A stretch of DNA of 42,258 nucleotides from a virus. Taxonomy: Duplodnaviria; Caudoviricetes. Position 1 is the first letter of the stretch. Each line of letters opens with the position of its first letter. Below the pieces are notes generated by a model that searched no databases, was not told the origin of the DNA, and saw nothing but the letters and a program-made list of their open reading frames with translations. Where the stretch lies: IMG/VR virus record IMGVR_UViG_3300048896_000141, positions 1 through 42,258 of that record. One strand, written 5' to 3'. Made by a program: the position numbers and the translations under genes. Shown piece by piece: positions 17,848 through 27,329 of this stretch.

Positions 17848-18440
17848 TTATGGCATATCAGGCCACCAACGATTACCTTTGGAAATATTTTGCTTGGCTG
17901 TTAAAATTTGTAAATTACCTTCCCAATGAAGTCCGCAAACTAATTTTGATTTTAAAGGTACAATATGATCAACATGATGCCATTCACCCAATAACATATT
18001 TAAACCTTGTGCAGTTTCATAAAACTCTTGAATCTTATGTTCATTTGCCCATTTGGGAATAGCTTGTAATTTTCTAGCTAAATATCTCTTTTTAAAAAAT
18101 GGTTGTTTGCTAGGATTTTCACTCCTATATTTTTTTATTTGTATTTTATATTTTTCTGGATTCTTGGCATATTTAATTGCACTTTTTAATGATTGTGATT
18201 CTTTATTTTTATCTCGATATATTTTACTGATCATTAAAGCTTTTTCTCTATTTGTAATTCTCCATTTTTTATTAACTAAAAGTATAGTGTCTTTATTTTT
18301 TAAATATTTATTTGCATTTTTAATTTTTACACAAGATACGCAATACGAACATAACCCATCTTTCTTTTGATTATCTTTTTTAAAAGGCATCAAAAAATGA
18401 TATTTTTACACGACATACATAATTTAAGGCTATTACTCAT
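17848..18440 (-). mobile_element. Free-standing HNH homing endonuclease
   Basis: QAIPKWA...[10 protein letters not shown]...[20 protein letters not shown]; [11 protein letters not shown] zinc ribbon whose first half (KLCMSCK) is in another frame from ATG 18440; AT-rich. Confidence 0.9.
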
Positions 18441-19413
18441 TTGGTTGTATAGCCCCCGGTATAATGCAATCAACAGTCGTACACCACGCATCAGCAGAAG
18501 GTTGTCTACTACTTCCCACATGGTGTATTTTAGTTATTAAAAACTTACCGTCAAAAGATACTAAATTGCGTAATTGCCCAAAAGCTGTTGCAGTATTTGT
18601 TGTTGGCGCACCAGTTGGGAAAGTTATAAAGTCACCAATATTTAAATCTGCACGCATGACTAATTTGGCTTGAATTGTTGAAATATTAATCCATGTTAAA
18701 TTACCTATTAAATCAGTAAATTTTACCATTTTTGTTTTTTGTGCAGGAATCGTATTATCAATCAAATTAAACCCACCTAACATCACATTGATACTTGCAC
18801 CTAAATATGTAGGGTCAGGGTTAATTTGCTTACTGACAGAATTAACCATCTGAGCAAACGTTTTCATGTTCACATATTGGCCGGGTTGTGTCTCAGTGTA
18901 AATCAAATCAGGGCTGAACGATCCTAATATGGGTAATGTCGGATAAGCTATCCCTAGAGTTGTTCTAACTGCAGATTCTAACGTCGTCCCTTTAATCCAA
19001 TTAAATGATAAATTTACATCTTCAGAAGGGTTAATATTCGATGGCATTATAAGTAAATTTAAACTGACTTGATTACCTTGCCAATTGCCAAACGATTGAA
19101 AAATTATTCCATTAATTATCTGACCATAAACAGGCTGTGCATTTGCAAAAGGTAATCCCTGTGACATACCTATTTCAATGGTTATTTGTGCATTGTTCCA
19201 ATTAGCTGATTGATTTAAATCTTTAAAATCCACACCGTGAATAATCACACTGGCCATTTGTGAAGGTTGATGAAATAGTGTTTGGAAAATGTCCAAATCA
19301 ACTTGCAAAGCCGACCCATTGACCAACCCTGTAGGGGTCAATGTTGTATAAGTGAGCGCTGGAAAATCCTTAGATTTTGCGCTAGGAGTTATACTAATTT
19401 TATAGTAACGCAT
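18433..19413 (-). CDS. Baseplate hub protein (gp27/gpD-like)
   Basis: MRYYKISIT start, GMSQGLPFAN, GNWQG, HHVGSSRQP..DAW; size and synteny. Confidence 0.7.
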   Translation of the reverse strand: MRYYKISITPSAKSKDFPALTYTTLTPTGLVNGSALQVDLDIFQTLFHQPSQMASVIIHGVDFKDLNQSANWNNAQITIEIGMSQGLPFANAQPVYGQIINGIIFQSFGNWQGNQVSLNLLIMPSNINPSEDVNLSFNWIKGTTLESAVRTTLGIAYPTLPILGSFSPDLIYTETQPGQYVNMKTFAQMVNSVSKQINPDPTYLGASINVMLGGFNLIDNTIPAQKTKMVKFTDLIGNLTWINISTIQAKLVMRADLNIGDFITFPTGAPTTNTATAFGQLRNLVSFDGKFLITKIHHVGSSRQPSADAWCTTVDCIIPGAIQPNE

Positions 19414-19685
19414 TACGGACTCACTTCAAAATTACCAGTGATTGCCCGATAAATTAACGTTGACGTTTTAAAATATCCAAATATCAAATTTATATCAAAA
19501 TCTGGTGGGGAACCGATTATTGGTTGATAAAGAATTACATTTCGTGACGTATCATAAATTGTTATGTAATACCGCTGAGAATAAATATTGTATGTGCAAA
19601 CAGCAACATAAGTTATACCATCCAACGTAGGTTGAAAAGTAAAATTTTGATTTGGTTGCGGATTAAAAAAAGTTAAAGTTGTCAT
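19413..19685 (-). CDS. Small baseplate/virion structural protein
   Basis: FTFQPTLDG..Y, NIYSQRYYITI; synteny. Confidence 0.65.
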   Translation of the reverse strand: MTTLTFFNPQPNQNFTFQPTLDGITYVAVCTYNIYSQRYYITIYDTSRNVILYQPIIGSPPDFDINLIFGYFKTSTLIYRAITGNFEVSP

Positions 19686-20284
19686 GGTTGCTGGTTCCAT
19701 GATGTGGGCGTAGGTAGTCCAGCCTCTACTTTACCTGCAAAAGTTCCTAAAACTTGACTGGCACCACTTTCAGTAATTAAAGGTTGTTCAAAATCCCACT
19801 GATAACTAAATTGAACTTGCTTATCACTCGGTGAACTGGTATCCCGTATTTGACGTAGCAACAAATCAGTATAGGTGTAAGCGGGAGTTACCACAGTGAA
19901 AGTACCACCCATTAGTACGTGAGTTTGTAATTGAGTTTTGAGTGCTGTTAAAATGGATGTTTTAGCAAAATAATTTCTACCAGGTTCGTTTTGAATTGGA
20001 CAAATCATAACCATGGATATTTTAAGGGGCATTTGAATTACTGCATTTGCCGCCATAACTAAACTGGCAAAAGGATATTCTGCAATTTGCCAGTCTGCTA
20101 AAGTACTGTTTGGTAAATTCTTAAAAATGGCAAAATAATCACTATATGTAAATCCACCAGTACCACCCGGCTCAGTCAAATCTGTAATTGCCATCACCCC
20201 ATCAGGCAACCCTTGAGCAATCCCATCTTGTAAAAGAATTGGGGATATCTCATTTTGTAATTGAAAAGTGGATATACCGGCCAT
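19682..20284 (-). CDS. Tail tube initiator / baseplate protein
   Basis: Directly after the tape measure; YPFAS..ANAVI, VVTPAYTY, QWDFEQPLIT. Confidence 0.65.
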   Translation of the reverse strand: MAGISTFQLQNEISPILLQDGIAQGLPDGVMAITDLTEPGGTGGFTYSDYFAIFKNLPNSTLADWQIAEYPFASLVMAANAVIQMPLKISMVMICPIQNEPGRNYFAKTSILTALKTQLQTHVLMGGTFTVVTPAYTYTDLLLRQIRDTSSPSDKQVQFSYQWDFEQPLITESGASQVLGTFAGKVEAGLPTPTSWNQQP

Positions 20285-21966
20285 TATCTTAACCCGTTTG
20301 ATGTAACTACTAAATCGGAACCTGCCGCATTATTAACCACAACATCAAATTTGTGCATATAATTTTGAGTTTCTTTTGGCATGCTGTATTTTCTACCCGA
20401 TACATATTTATCCATATTACCTTCCCCCCAATTATAAGCCCCCATAGCCTTTTCAATATCACCATTATATCTTTTAAGTAATCCTTTTATTTTTTTGGCG
20501 GCGGCTTCAGCTGAATCATGAAAATCATAGGGGTTTTTTAATCCATATTCTTTTGCTGTAGCTGGCATAAATTGAAAATGCCCCATGGCACCCACAGGAG
20601 AATTCATGTTTTTACCACGACCCGACTCCACCTGCCAAGTTTTATCTAAAATTCCAGCAGGTAATTTATTTTTAGCTTCTAAATTTGCTAAAAATTGTTG
20701 AGCATCACCTGTCGGTTTAGATATTGATGATGCTCCAATTGGCGGAGCTGTTCCAATAGGTATAAATCCCCCAATAGAACCCCCATGTTCTTGTGTTGCA
20801 GGAGTCCCTTTCGGTTCATTTGGATTTAACCAACTTCTTACAGTATCAGCGACAGGGGAATTCGTAATTGCACTAAACGGGTTAAGTGCATCTTTTAAAG
20901 TTTTTGCAGCTCCACCAGCAAAACCTTTACCTGAAAAGAAATTAACAACCGACATTATTGTAGAAGATATTACTTTAATAGCTCCAAAAAAATCTGCCAA
21001 ATCTTGCCTTGCTTCAGGGCTACCTAAATATTTTGTAAAATTTTCGATCGCTTCTTTAACTTGTTTGCTACCAATAAAGTCAGTAATTGCAGTAGTTACC
21101 GCCGCCGATAAAGCAGTTAGTTGTGGAGTCAATGGAGTCAAAGCCTTAATGAATCCTGTTTCAAGCTGTTCACCTGAACGTTTAATTTGAATCCAGAAAT
21201 TAGTCATTGCCTCGCTATCAGCCTCGGAAACTGACAACAGGTCAATATCTTTACGAAATGAATTGGCAACATTATTGAGTTGTTCCGTTGTGGCTTGAGC
21301 ACCCCTACGCAAGTCTTCTATTGAAAACACTTGGGTTAAACCTAAAGCGTCTGCCGTTTGTGTTTTTTGCCCAGTCGCTTTAAATTGTGCAACTGCATTT
21401 TTAAATAATTCTGGAAGTTGTTGGGCTGCGTTCTGCCCTTCTTTACCACCCAATCTAGTTAAGATTTGATTGCGTTCCAAATCATTTTGCATGTCTGCAA
21501 TTTTAGACAATGTGGATGAAGGATCGCCTATAAATTTACCGTAATTAGTACTGGCTGAGCGCAATTCCCCTGTGGTCACACCTATACCGCGCGCTTGTTT
21601 AGAGGTACCACTTGCAGCTGCCGCCAATGCACCCAATCCAAATCCACTGGCAAGACCGCTGAGCGTAACCCATTTAGCGACAGACAATGCTGTAGATGCA
21701 AAATTGATTGCAATTTCACCGCTTGTTTTAGCTACGTTCTTAAGTTTTTGATGACCGTCATCAAATGATTTGATAAGGTCTTTATTAGTTTTTAAAACAT
21801 TTTTAAAAGCTTTATCTGCATCATTGCCAGCCTTACCGATAGCTGCACCACTTGCAGCCCAACTTTTCGGAACATCTTTTACGGACTGTTTATATTTTTC
21901 AAATGCAGCGGCAAACGCTTTAAATTTAGCGTCATTTACATCAATCTCAAGGATGGATTTCGCCAT
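20284..21966 (-). CDS. Tape measure protein with C-terminal lytic transglycosylase (SLT) domain
   Basis: Helical Ala-rich body; VESG...GAMGHFQFMPATAKEYG...AYNWGEG. Confidence 0.88.
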   Translation of the reverse strand: MAKSILEIDVNDAKFKAFAAAFEKYKQSVKDVPKSWAASGAAIGKAGNDADKAFKNVLKTNKDLIKSFDDGHQKLKNVAKTSGEIAINFASTALSVAKWVTLSGLASGFGLGALAAAASGTSKQARGIGVTTGELRSASTNYGKFIGDPSSTLSKIADMQNDLERNQILTRLGGKEGQNAAQQLPELFKNAVAQFKATGQKTQTADALGLTQVFSIEDLRRGAQATTEQLNNVANSFRKDIDLLSVSEADSEAMTNFWIQIKRSGEQLETGFIKALTPLTPQLTALSAAVTTAITDFIGSKQVKEAIENFTKYLGSPEARQDLADFFGAIKVISSTIMSVVNFFSGKGFAGGAAKTLKDALNPFSAITNSPVADTVRSWLNPNEPKGTPATQEHGGSIGGFIPIGTAPPIGASSISKPTGDAQQFLANLEAKNKLPAGILDKTWQVESGRGKNMNSPVGAMGHFQFMPATAKEYGLKNPYDFHDSAEAAAKKIKGLLKRYNGDIEKAMGAYNWGEGNMDKYVSGRKYSMPKETQNYMHKFDVVVNNAAGSDLVVTSNGLR

Positions 21967-22273
21967 TTATAAACCTCTGCTTTGAGTTGCTTTTAATAAA
22001 TGGCGTTGGCGATATTCTTGAACTTCAATTGCTTTACCATCAAGAGATTCCATAAAAATTGGAAACCCTGAAGTACTTAAATAATCTAAGCAATAATGGA
22101 GGATACTGGAACCATCGCGCCAGTAGATTCTACTTTGGTCAATGTCGGCAAAGAATTCTTGAACGCCGTAGAATCCAATGATAAAAGTTCCCAATTTCTT
22201 AACGATCCCGCCATCTGAAGAAAGGATATCCGAAGGTCTTTCGGAGCCACTTTGGATATTGCAGTAAAAAAAA
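21967..22273 (-). CDS. Tail assembly chaperone frameshift extension (GT-like)
   Basis: The -1 frame is open from the T8 slippery run (22266-22273) to the stop abutting the tape measure start. Confidence 0.65.
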
Positions 22274-22661
22274 TTACACCCGACAGAATCTCTGCCTCTT
22301 CATCTTCATCAATCATTTCTCGTTTGATAGCACTATCAAGAGGTATTGTTTCCCATCCCCGATCACCAGCTATCATCACATTGGTAAGTCTGATAATTTC
22401 ATTAACTAAACCCTTCTTCACTTCATCCCATGATCCTGATTTTTTTGCCAAAGCTTTTAAAGCAGGGTATGCAATTTGTGGAGCCGTTAATGCCATGTGA
22501 GTTTCATTACCACCATCAAAACATTGATTGAAAACCTTACCTAATTCAAGATAAAATTGTTCAAACACATCACGAGAAATTGGAACGGAATGTGCATAAA
22601 CAGTTCCGTGTTTCTCGGTTTGAATTGGTATAACCAAATTAAGATGACGATCAATTTTCAT
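22086..22661 (-). CDS. Tail assembly chaperone (G-like)
   Basis: Between tail tube and tape measure; contains slippery ATT TTT TTT. Confidence 0.75.
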   Translation of the reverse strand: MKIDRHLNLVIPIQTEKHGTVYAHSVPISRDVFEQFYLELGKVFNQCFDGGNETHMALTAPQIAYPALKALAKKSGSWDEVKKGLVNEIIRLTNVMIAGDRGWETIPLDSAIKREMIDEDEEAEILSGVIFFTAISKVAPKDLRISFLQMAGSLRNWELLSLDSTAFKNSLPTLTKVESTGAMVPVSSIIA

Positions 22662-23101
22662 GAGCTAAAGAATGCATCTGAGTTAATACGATAAACACCT
22701 TTGAGTTTAATTACTAAACCCTCTTGGGTACCATTATATAATTGTTCCTGCATTGATTCCAATACTACTGTATCTAATTGATAAGGACTCAAAGTTATTG
22801 TATCAGGTATGACATTTACGGAACCCATTGTAGTGCTGGTTTCAATTTGTTGTTTATAAGCCTCTGCAAGAAATTGAGACTTAACTAAATGCATTGTAAC
22901 CATTGCAAAAATGTAAGGTGCCGGACTTGTCACAGCGCCGGTCATTGTACCTAATAGCAAAGATGTTTCACCTTCCCATGCAATGGAAATACCTTCTTTA
23001 CTCAAAAATGGGCTAGTTACATTTAATTCTGGAAAATCAGCAAAAACTACAGAGGCCAACAAACGATTAATGCTGCCCTGCTCGATTCTGGGGTTGCTCA
23101 T
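22658..23101 (-). CDS. Tail tube protein
   Basis: 147 aa, follows the sheath; TMTGAVTSPAPY. Confidence 0.75.
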   Translation of the reverse strand: MSNPRIEQGSINRLLASVVFADFPELNVTSPFLSKEGISIAWEGETSLLLGTMTGAVTSPAPYIFAMVTMHLVKSQFLAEAYKQQIETSTTMGSVNVIPDTITLSPYQLDTVVLESMQEQLYNGTQEGLVIKLKGVYRINSDAFFSS

Positions 23102-23112
23102 TTAAGTACCTC

Positions 23113-24414
23113 TTATCTAGGAATATTACTTGCTGTTAAGAATATAGTAATTGAATCAAATCCGCGCGCAGGAACAAAAGTGCAACTTAATCCGTTATAT
23201 GCACCCACCGCATAATCACTTGGATTTTGTGCTACATAAGTTGCAAAAGGTACAGCGTTCACAGTGGCACCAGCTAGAACAAGACCAAAAGAAATAGAAT
23301 TGTTTATCACGGCCTGTGCTACTTTTTGCAAAGTGTTAATGCCTGCTTGATTATAATAAAGAGGATTTTGTGGAGTATTGGAACCGTTGATGATTGCAGC
23401 AGCTAACGCAACAGTTTCATGCTCATTAACCCAGTCAACAGCATACCAAAAGCTGAATGGATTCAAATCCATGTATTTACCGTTTTGAACTAATGTATTG
23501 CTTATCTGACCTTGCGCACCCGTGTCAATCCAATTAACACCTGCAGCTGTCAATGTGACTTTATTTGCAGTAGTCAATGCTGTATTTGCAGTAACCCCAA
23601 AGACAAACTGATATTCTAAAGGTGTCATCATATTTGATGCATTTGGATTTCTAGCTAAAGCCGCTTGGAATAATGCAGCTGCACTAAACTCATTTGATGG
23701 CAAAGTAGGGTTAGGTTCAGTCGCAATAACTGATTTCAAACCTAACCAAGCAGTATATGTCGAAATTGTTGTGGTTACATAGAAATAAATCTGTGCAGTA
23801 AGACCGTTCTGAGCATGCGCCATCGTTACTGCGGTAGACTCAGTGTCCCATTCCTTAGGTAACAAATATGCATAGAAACGCAATGTTGGCGCTGTAAAAT
23901 AAGCAGTTAATGCGGTTACGCCTTGCGCGGTAGTACCAACGCCAAGTTCCAAGACATAAACCGATTGTGTAGTTCCGTTAGCAAAGAACGTAGTAACTTG
24001 TGCAGAAAGTTCGGCCACATCGGCCAAAGTAAATACACCCAACGCTGTTTCAACACCCGGGTTAGAAACTAAAGGGTAAGTAAAAGTACTAGTACCTGTA
24101 GAGGTAATTGCAAACGTCCCATTATACCCAGTGGGTGTTACGCCTGAAATAGTACCTTGAACAGTGTCACCACTAGGAACTCCATGTGGTGTTGTTGTAG
24201 TTACTGTCACTACTGAACCTGACCACACGATACTTGTAATAGCTACAGAACCAGTTAATATTGCAGTTAAATCCGATACTTGTGTAAGTAATGAATAAGT
24301 ACCCGCAGTAAGAGTTGTTGCCCCTTGAGACACAATAGCGCCCGTTTGCTGCAACCGTATTGGCGCGGGTGCTACTTCTTCGGTAACATTTACCGTGACA
24401 ATATTAACAGCCAT
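23113..24414 (-). CDS. Tail sheath protein (DUF3383-like)
   Basis: IVTVNVT start, FFANG, WYAVDWV, NPLYYNQAGINTLQ; synteny. Confidence 0.8.
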   Translation of the reverse strand: MAVNIVTVNVTEEVAPAPIRLQQTGAIVSQGATTLTAGTYSLLTQVSDLTAILTGSVAITSIVWSGSVVTVTTTTPHGVPSGDTVQGTISGVTPTGYNGTFAITSTGTSTFTYPLVSNPGVETALGVFTLADVAELSAQVTTFFANGTTQSVYVLELGVGTTAQGVTALTAYFTAPTLRFYAYLLPKEWDTESTAVTMAHAQNGLTAQIYFYVTTTISTYTAWLGLKSVIATEPNPTLPSNEFSAAALFQAALARNPNASNMMTPLEYQFVFGVTANTALTTANKVTLTAAGVNWIDTGAQGQISNTLVQNGKYMDLNPFSFWYAVDWVNEHETVALAAAIINGSNTPQNPLYYNQAGINTLQKVAQAVINNSISFGLVLAGATVNAVPFATYVAQNPSDYAVGAYNGLSCTFVPARGFDSITIFLTASNIPR

Positions 24415-24427
24415 GACGCCCCCTTAA

Positions 24428-24871
24428 TTAATCAAAAGTAACCGCAACAGTGGAACCTGTTCCCGGAACAACTACAATTCCAACTGAACAAGGCCAATCG
24501 CAAGAGGATGGCGCTACGGTTACTGTAGTTGGAATAGCTACAAATTGATTAGTTGATGCAGCGGCACCAGTAGTTAAGCAATCATTAATTGAACCTGCCG
24601 TAGAACCACCCACAACAACGCTATATTTTACCAATTTTCCAGCAGCAGCCTTTACTACAGTAGCAGTGGTTATATTTAAAGTAGAACTCAATGCCCCACC
24701 AGTCAACAAAGCGCCACTGGAATCTACTTTTAACGAGGCTGCCCCCGCCGAAGGATTTAACGCTGGGGTAACTGCACCAACCGTTTTTAAATTACCAGTC
24801 GAATCAAGATTTAAAGGCTTGCTAACACCAGTTGGACTTACGGCTGGTTGAAAGGGATTAATTTGTGGCAT
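24428..24871 (-). CDS. Putative virion decoration protein
   Basis: Small-residue-rich, two N-terminal ~25-aa repeats, beta-rich C-domain. Confidence 0.6.
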   Translation of the reverse strand: MPQINPFQPAVSPTGVSKPLNLDSTGNLKTVGAVTPALNPSAGAASLKVDSSGALLTGGALSSTLNITTATVVKAAAGKLVKYSVVVGGSTAGSINDCLTTGAAASTNQFVAIPTTVTVAPSSCDWPCSVGIVVVPGTGSTVAVTFD

Positions 24872-24873
24872 GG

Positions 24874-25869
24874 TTACAACTCCTCAGGATTTAAAGTAAT
24901 AATTGCTGACAAAATCAACTTCTTGGCTATATTTAAAATATTCTTTTGAAAGTAACTAATTTCAAAAGTGATTGTTTTCTTCTGCGCGATAATATTTAAT
25001 TCTTTTTGAAGTACATGCTCGTCTTGAATTATGGGCATGTTCATCAATCCAAAATTATCCGTATTCCGGCTATAATCCAGCACATAATCAACGAATTCTA
25101 AAGCTTGTGCATTTCGCACACCAAACATTGATATCTTAACAGTATCCGAGGTTAATTGGTAGTGGGAACTATCAATATATATCAATGGGGCGGATGCCAG
25201 CGCACGCGTGGAACGGGGGTCAATATTCACAGTTGCGTACGGAAGCACTTCATTTTGTTGACTTAAGAAACTTGGCATCATTGGAAAGAATTGATTCAGA
25301 CTTAGCCACAGGGGTAAGCTATTAGATACGATAACATTATCAATATCGATTTGATCTGCACTATCAATGATTTGAGACGCCATAATACTGTACACAGCAT
25401 CACCATGATAATGATAGACCATTGCCTGCTTATAAAAATTGTGGTTATTATTGAAAGCAAATCTAACTTCATCAAAAGTTGCGATATACATTAAATTGGG
25501 ATTAACGGCGTTAAAGTCCTGAATTTGCTCTTGTGTTGTAAAAGTTACGCGATTGCGCGCGGCTACTTGATCATCTAATTGAATATTTTCCGAGGCATAA
25601 TGCAATGATCCTTTAGCTTGAATTAATTTGGCAGGTAATGCACTATCACCAGCACTTCCAAATTCTAAAGCATTGTATTGCGAAGCGCCAAATAGGGCTG
25701 AATCCGTCACAAGGTTTGCATTCACCCAGAAAATGAAGCCATCAAGAGGTAAAATTAATTTTACATATAAAGTAAAGTTGACAATTTGATTTAAGGAAAG
25801 CGTAGAAAGACCTGCACCTAATTCAGCACTAAGTTGATTCTTACCGCCAGAAGCTTCTTCTATACTCAT
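24874..25869 (-). CDS. Neck protein (head closure / tail terminator-like, possibly fused)
   Basis: LPLDGFIFWV, IVSNSLPLWL; position before the sheath. Confidence 0.6.
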   Translation of the reverse strand: MSIEEASGGKNQLSAELGAGLSTLSLNQIVNFTLYVKLILPLDGFIFWVNANLVTDSALFGASQYNALEFGSAGDSALPAKLIQAKGSLHYASENIQLDDQVAARNRVTFTTQEQIQDFNAVNPNLMYIATFDEVRFAFNNNHNFYKQAMVYHYHGDAVYSIMASQIIDSADQIDIDNVIVSNSLPLWLSLNQFFPMMPSFLSQQNEVLPYATVNIDPRSTRALASAPLIYIDSSHYQLTSDTVKISMFGVRNAQALEFVDYVLDYSRNTDNFGLMNMPIIQDEHVLQKELNIIAQKKTITFEISYFQKNILNIAKKLILSAIITLNPEEL

Positions 25870-26291
25870 TCAATCCACGCTTTAAAAGAATTCTCATAGA
25901 CACCAGTATCAATAAATGAAGGTCGTGCAGTTTTAGATTTACCTTTAGAAAATCTAGATGCTCTACGATCAATAGAAGCTTGAGTGGGAACACCAGCCAC
26001 CCCCATCACTTCCATAGCTCCTTGTTCCAAAAATTCAAATTTAAATGCTTTTTCAATCTGCGATTCAGCCGGTGCGAAGATATTGTCTGGAACGGGATCG
26101 CCATTTAGGATATTTTCTAATGCATCTGTTGTGGATTTTTCAAGAGCATTGACAATTACATCCATGTATAAATCTGCAAAAGTCTGCATAACATGATATT
26201 TGTCTTCTAAAATTTGGGCGACTTCAACCGTACTTATGGAGCCTTTTCCTGCATAAGTTTGTTCGATGACGCCTAAATGTAGAATGGTCAT
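25866..26291 (-). CDS. Tail completion / neck protein
   Basis: MTILHLGVI start, RPSFIDTGVYENSF C-terminus. Confidence 0.65.
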   Translation of the reverse strand: MTILHLGVIEQTYAGKGSISTVEVAQILEDKYHVMQTFADLYMDVIVNALEKSTTDALENILNGDPVPDNIFAPAESQIEKAFKFEFLEQGAMEVMGVAGVPTQASIDRRASRFSKGKSKTARPSFIDTGVYENSFKAWIE

Positions 26292-26292
26292 T

Positions 26293-26775
26293 TTAGCTAA
26301 GTCCCCACAATGTGCCAAATGATTGCGCTATCTCAAGATAACGACGACCGTAAGGAGTCTTCATTCTCTGAATGTCAGATAAAGTCAACGTCTTCATATA
26401 GTCTTGTTGCAACAAACTTTCGGAAGTTGTTTCATCTGCGCTTGCTGAAATCAACCCCGGAACAAAATCATTAATAGTAAATGACTTACGCAACTTAGCA
26501 AAATAGTCCTGCCCCGGTTGATCCTGTGCAAAATTGATTAGAAAGTCAGTTGCCAGATTATAGACCGCAATCTCATATAGCCCATCACCAGTATAACCAA
26601 GTCTAGTGTTAGGGGAACCATTGGCAATTTTAAGAAGTGGATTTACTGTTGCTTCAGATATTGCCAATGTCATCAAAATTGAAGGAGAATTGGACGGTAA
26701 CGCATATGTAGGTATCTGCACATAATTCGTGAGAAATGCTTGGTACCCTGCAAGAGTTACCATCACTGTTGACAT
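26293..26775 (-). CDS. Head-tail adaptor (DUF4054-like)
   Basis: AVYNLA, GLISASADETTS, KTPYGRRYL. Confidence 0.7.
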   Translation of the reverse strand: MSTVMVTLAGYQAFLTNYVQIPTYALPSNSPSILMTLAISEATVNPLLKIANGSPNTRLGYTGDGLYEIAVYNLATDFLINFAQDQPGQDYFAKLRKSFTINDFVPGLISASADETTSESLLQQDYMKTLTLSDIQRMKTPYGRRYLEIAQSFGTLWGLS

Positions 26776-26777
26776 TT

Positions 26778-27263
26778 TTAGTCCTTAGTTACTTTAATCT
26801 TTTGATTCAACATTTTACGTTTTGTTGTATGTTCTTCAGGTATTTCAGCTACTTCTAACTCAATTGATTTTTGCTTTCCTAACCCGCGCGTATGTGACAA
26901 TGTTTCATCCAATGATGCATTTGTTGCTACTGCAGCTATCTGACGCAAATTGTAACCTTCTTCGAGCAATATATCATTATTCTTTTCAATAGCTAAATTC
27001 ATTGCATTAACAGTTACAGGTTTGTCAATGGAATAAAGAACACCTGAAAATTTATCGATTTTGTGAACTTGTGATGCTTCAACTAATCCATAAGGTGCAT
27101 GTTGGCTGATAACGGCATCAACTTCTTCTTTTTGTGCATTATTTAAAACTTGTTGTTGGGTTCCTGCCGAAATAATTACTCTACGCAATTGATCATTACC
27201 GGGTAATCTGAAAGTGAATTCGTTATGTTTATTAGATGTGTTTGCGATGAATAAGGATGACAT
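26778..27263 (-). CDS. Hypothetical head-associated protein
   Basis: LFIANTS start; RBS GGAG; follows the capsid gene. Confidence 0.65.
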   Translation of the reverse strand: MSSLFIANTSNKHNEFTFRLPGNDQLRRVIISAGTQQQVLNNAQKEEVDAVISQHAPYGLVEASQVHKIDKFSGVLYSIDKPVTVNAMNLAIEKNNDILLEEGYNLRQIAAVATNASLDETLSHTRGLGKQKSIELEVAEIPEEHTTKRKMLNQKIKVTKD

Positions 27264-27286
27264 AATTGTTTCTCCAATAGAAATTA

Positions 27287-27316
27287 AAAAGCCTCCTTAT
27301 CAATAAGGAGGCTTTT
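27287..27316. terminator. Intrinsic terminator after the major capsid gene (bidirectional form)
   Basis: AAAAGCCTCCTTAT-CA-ATAAGGAGGCTTTT perfect inverted repeat. Confidence 0.88.
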
Positions 27317-27329
27317 ATTATACTATCGA

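Noticed and set aside
17848-18440. Group I intron around the HNH gene
   Set aside because: Only about 20 nt of non-coding flank, leaving no room for a ribozyme core; the peptide duplication explains the junction without splicing.
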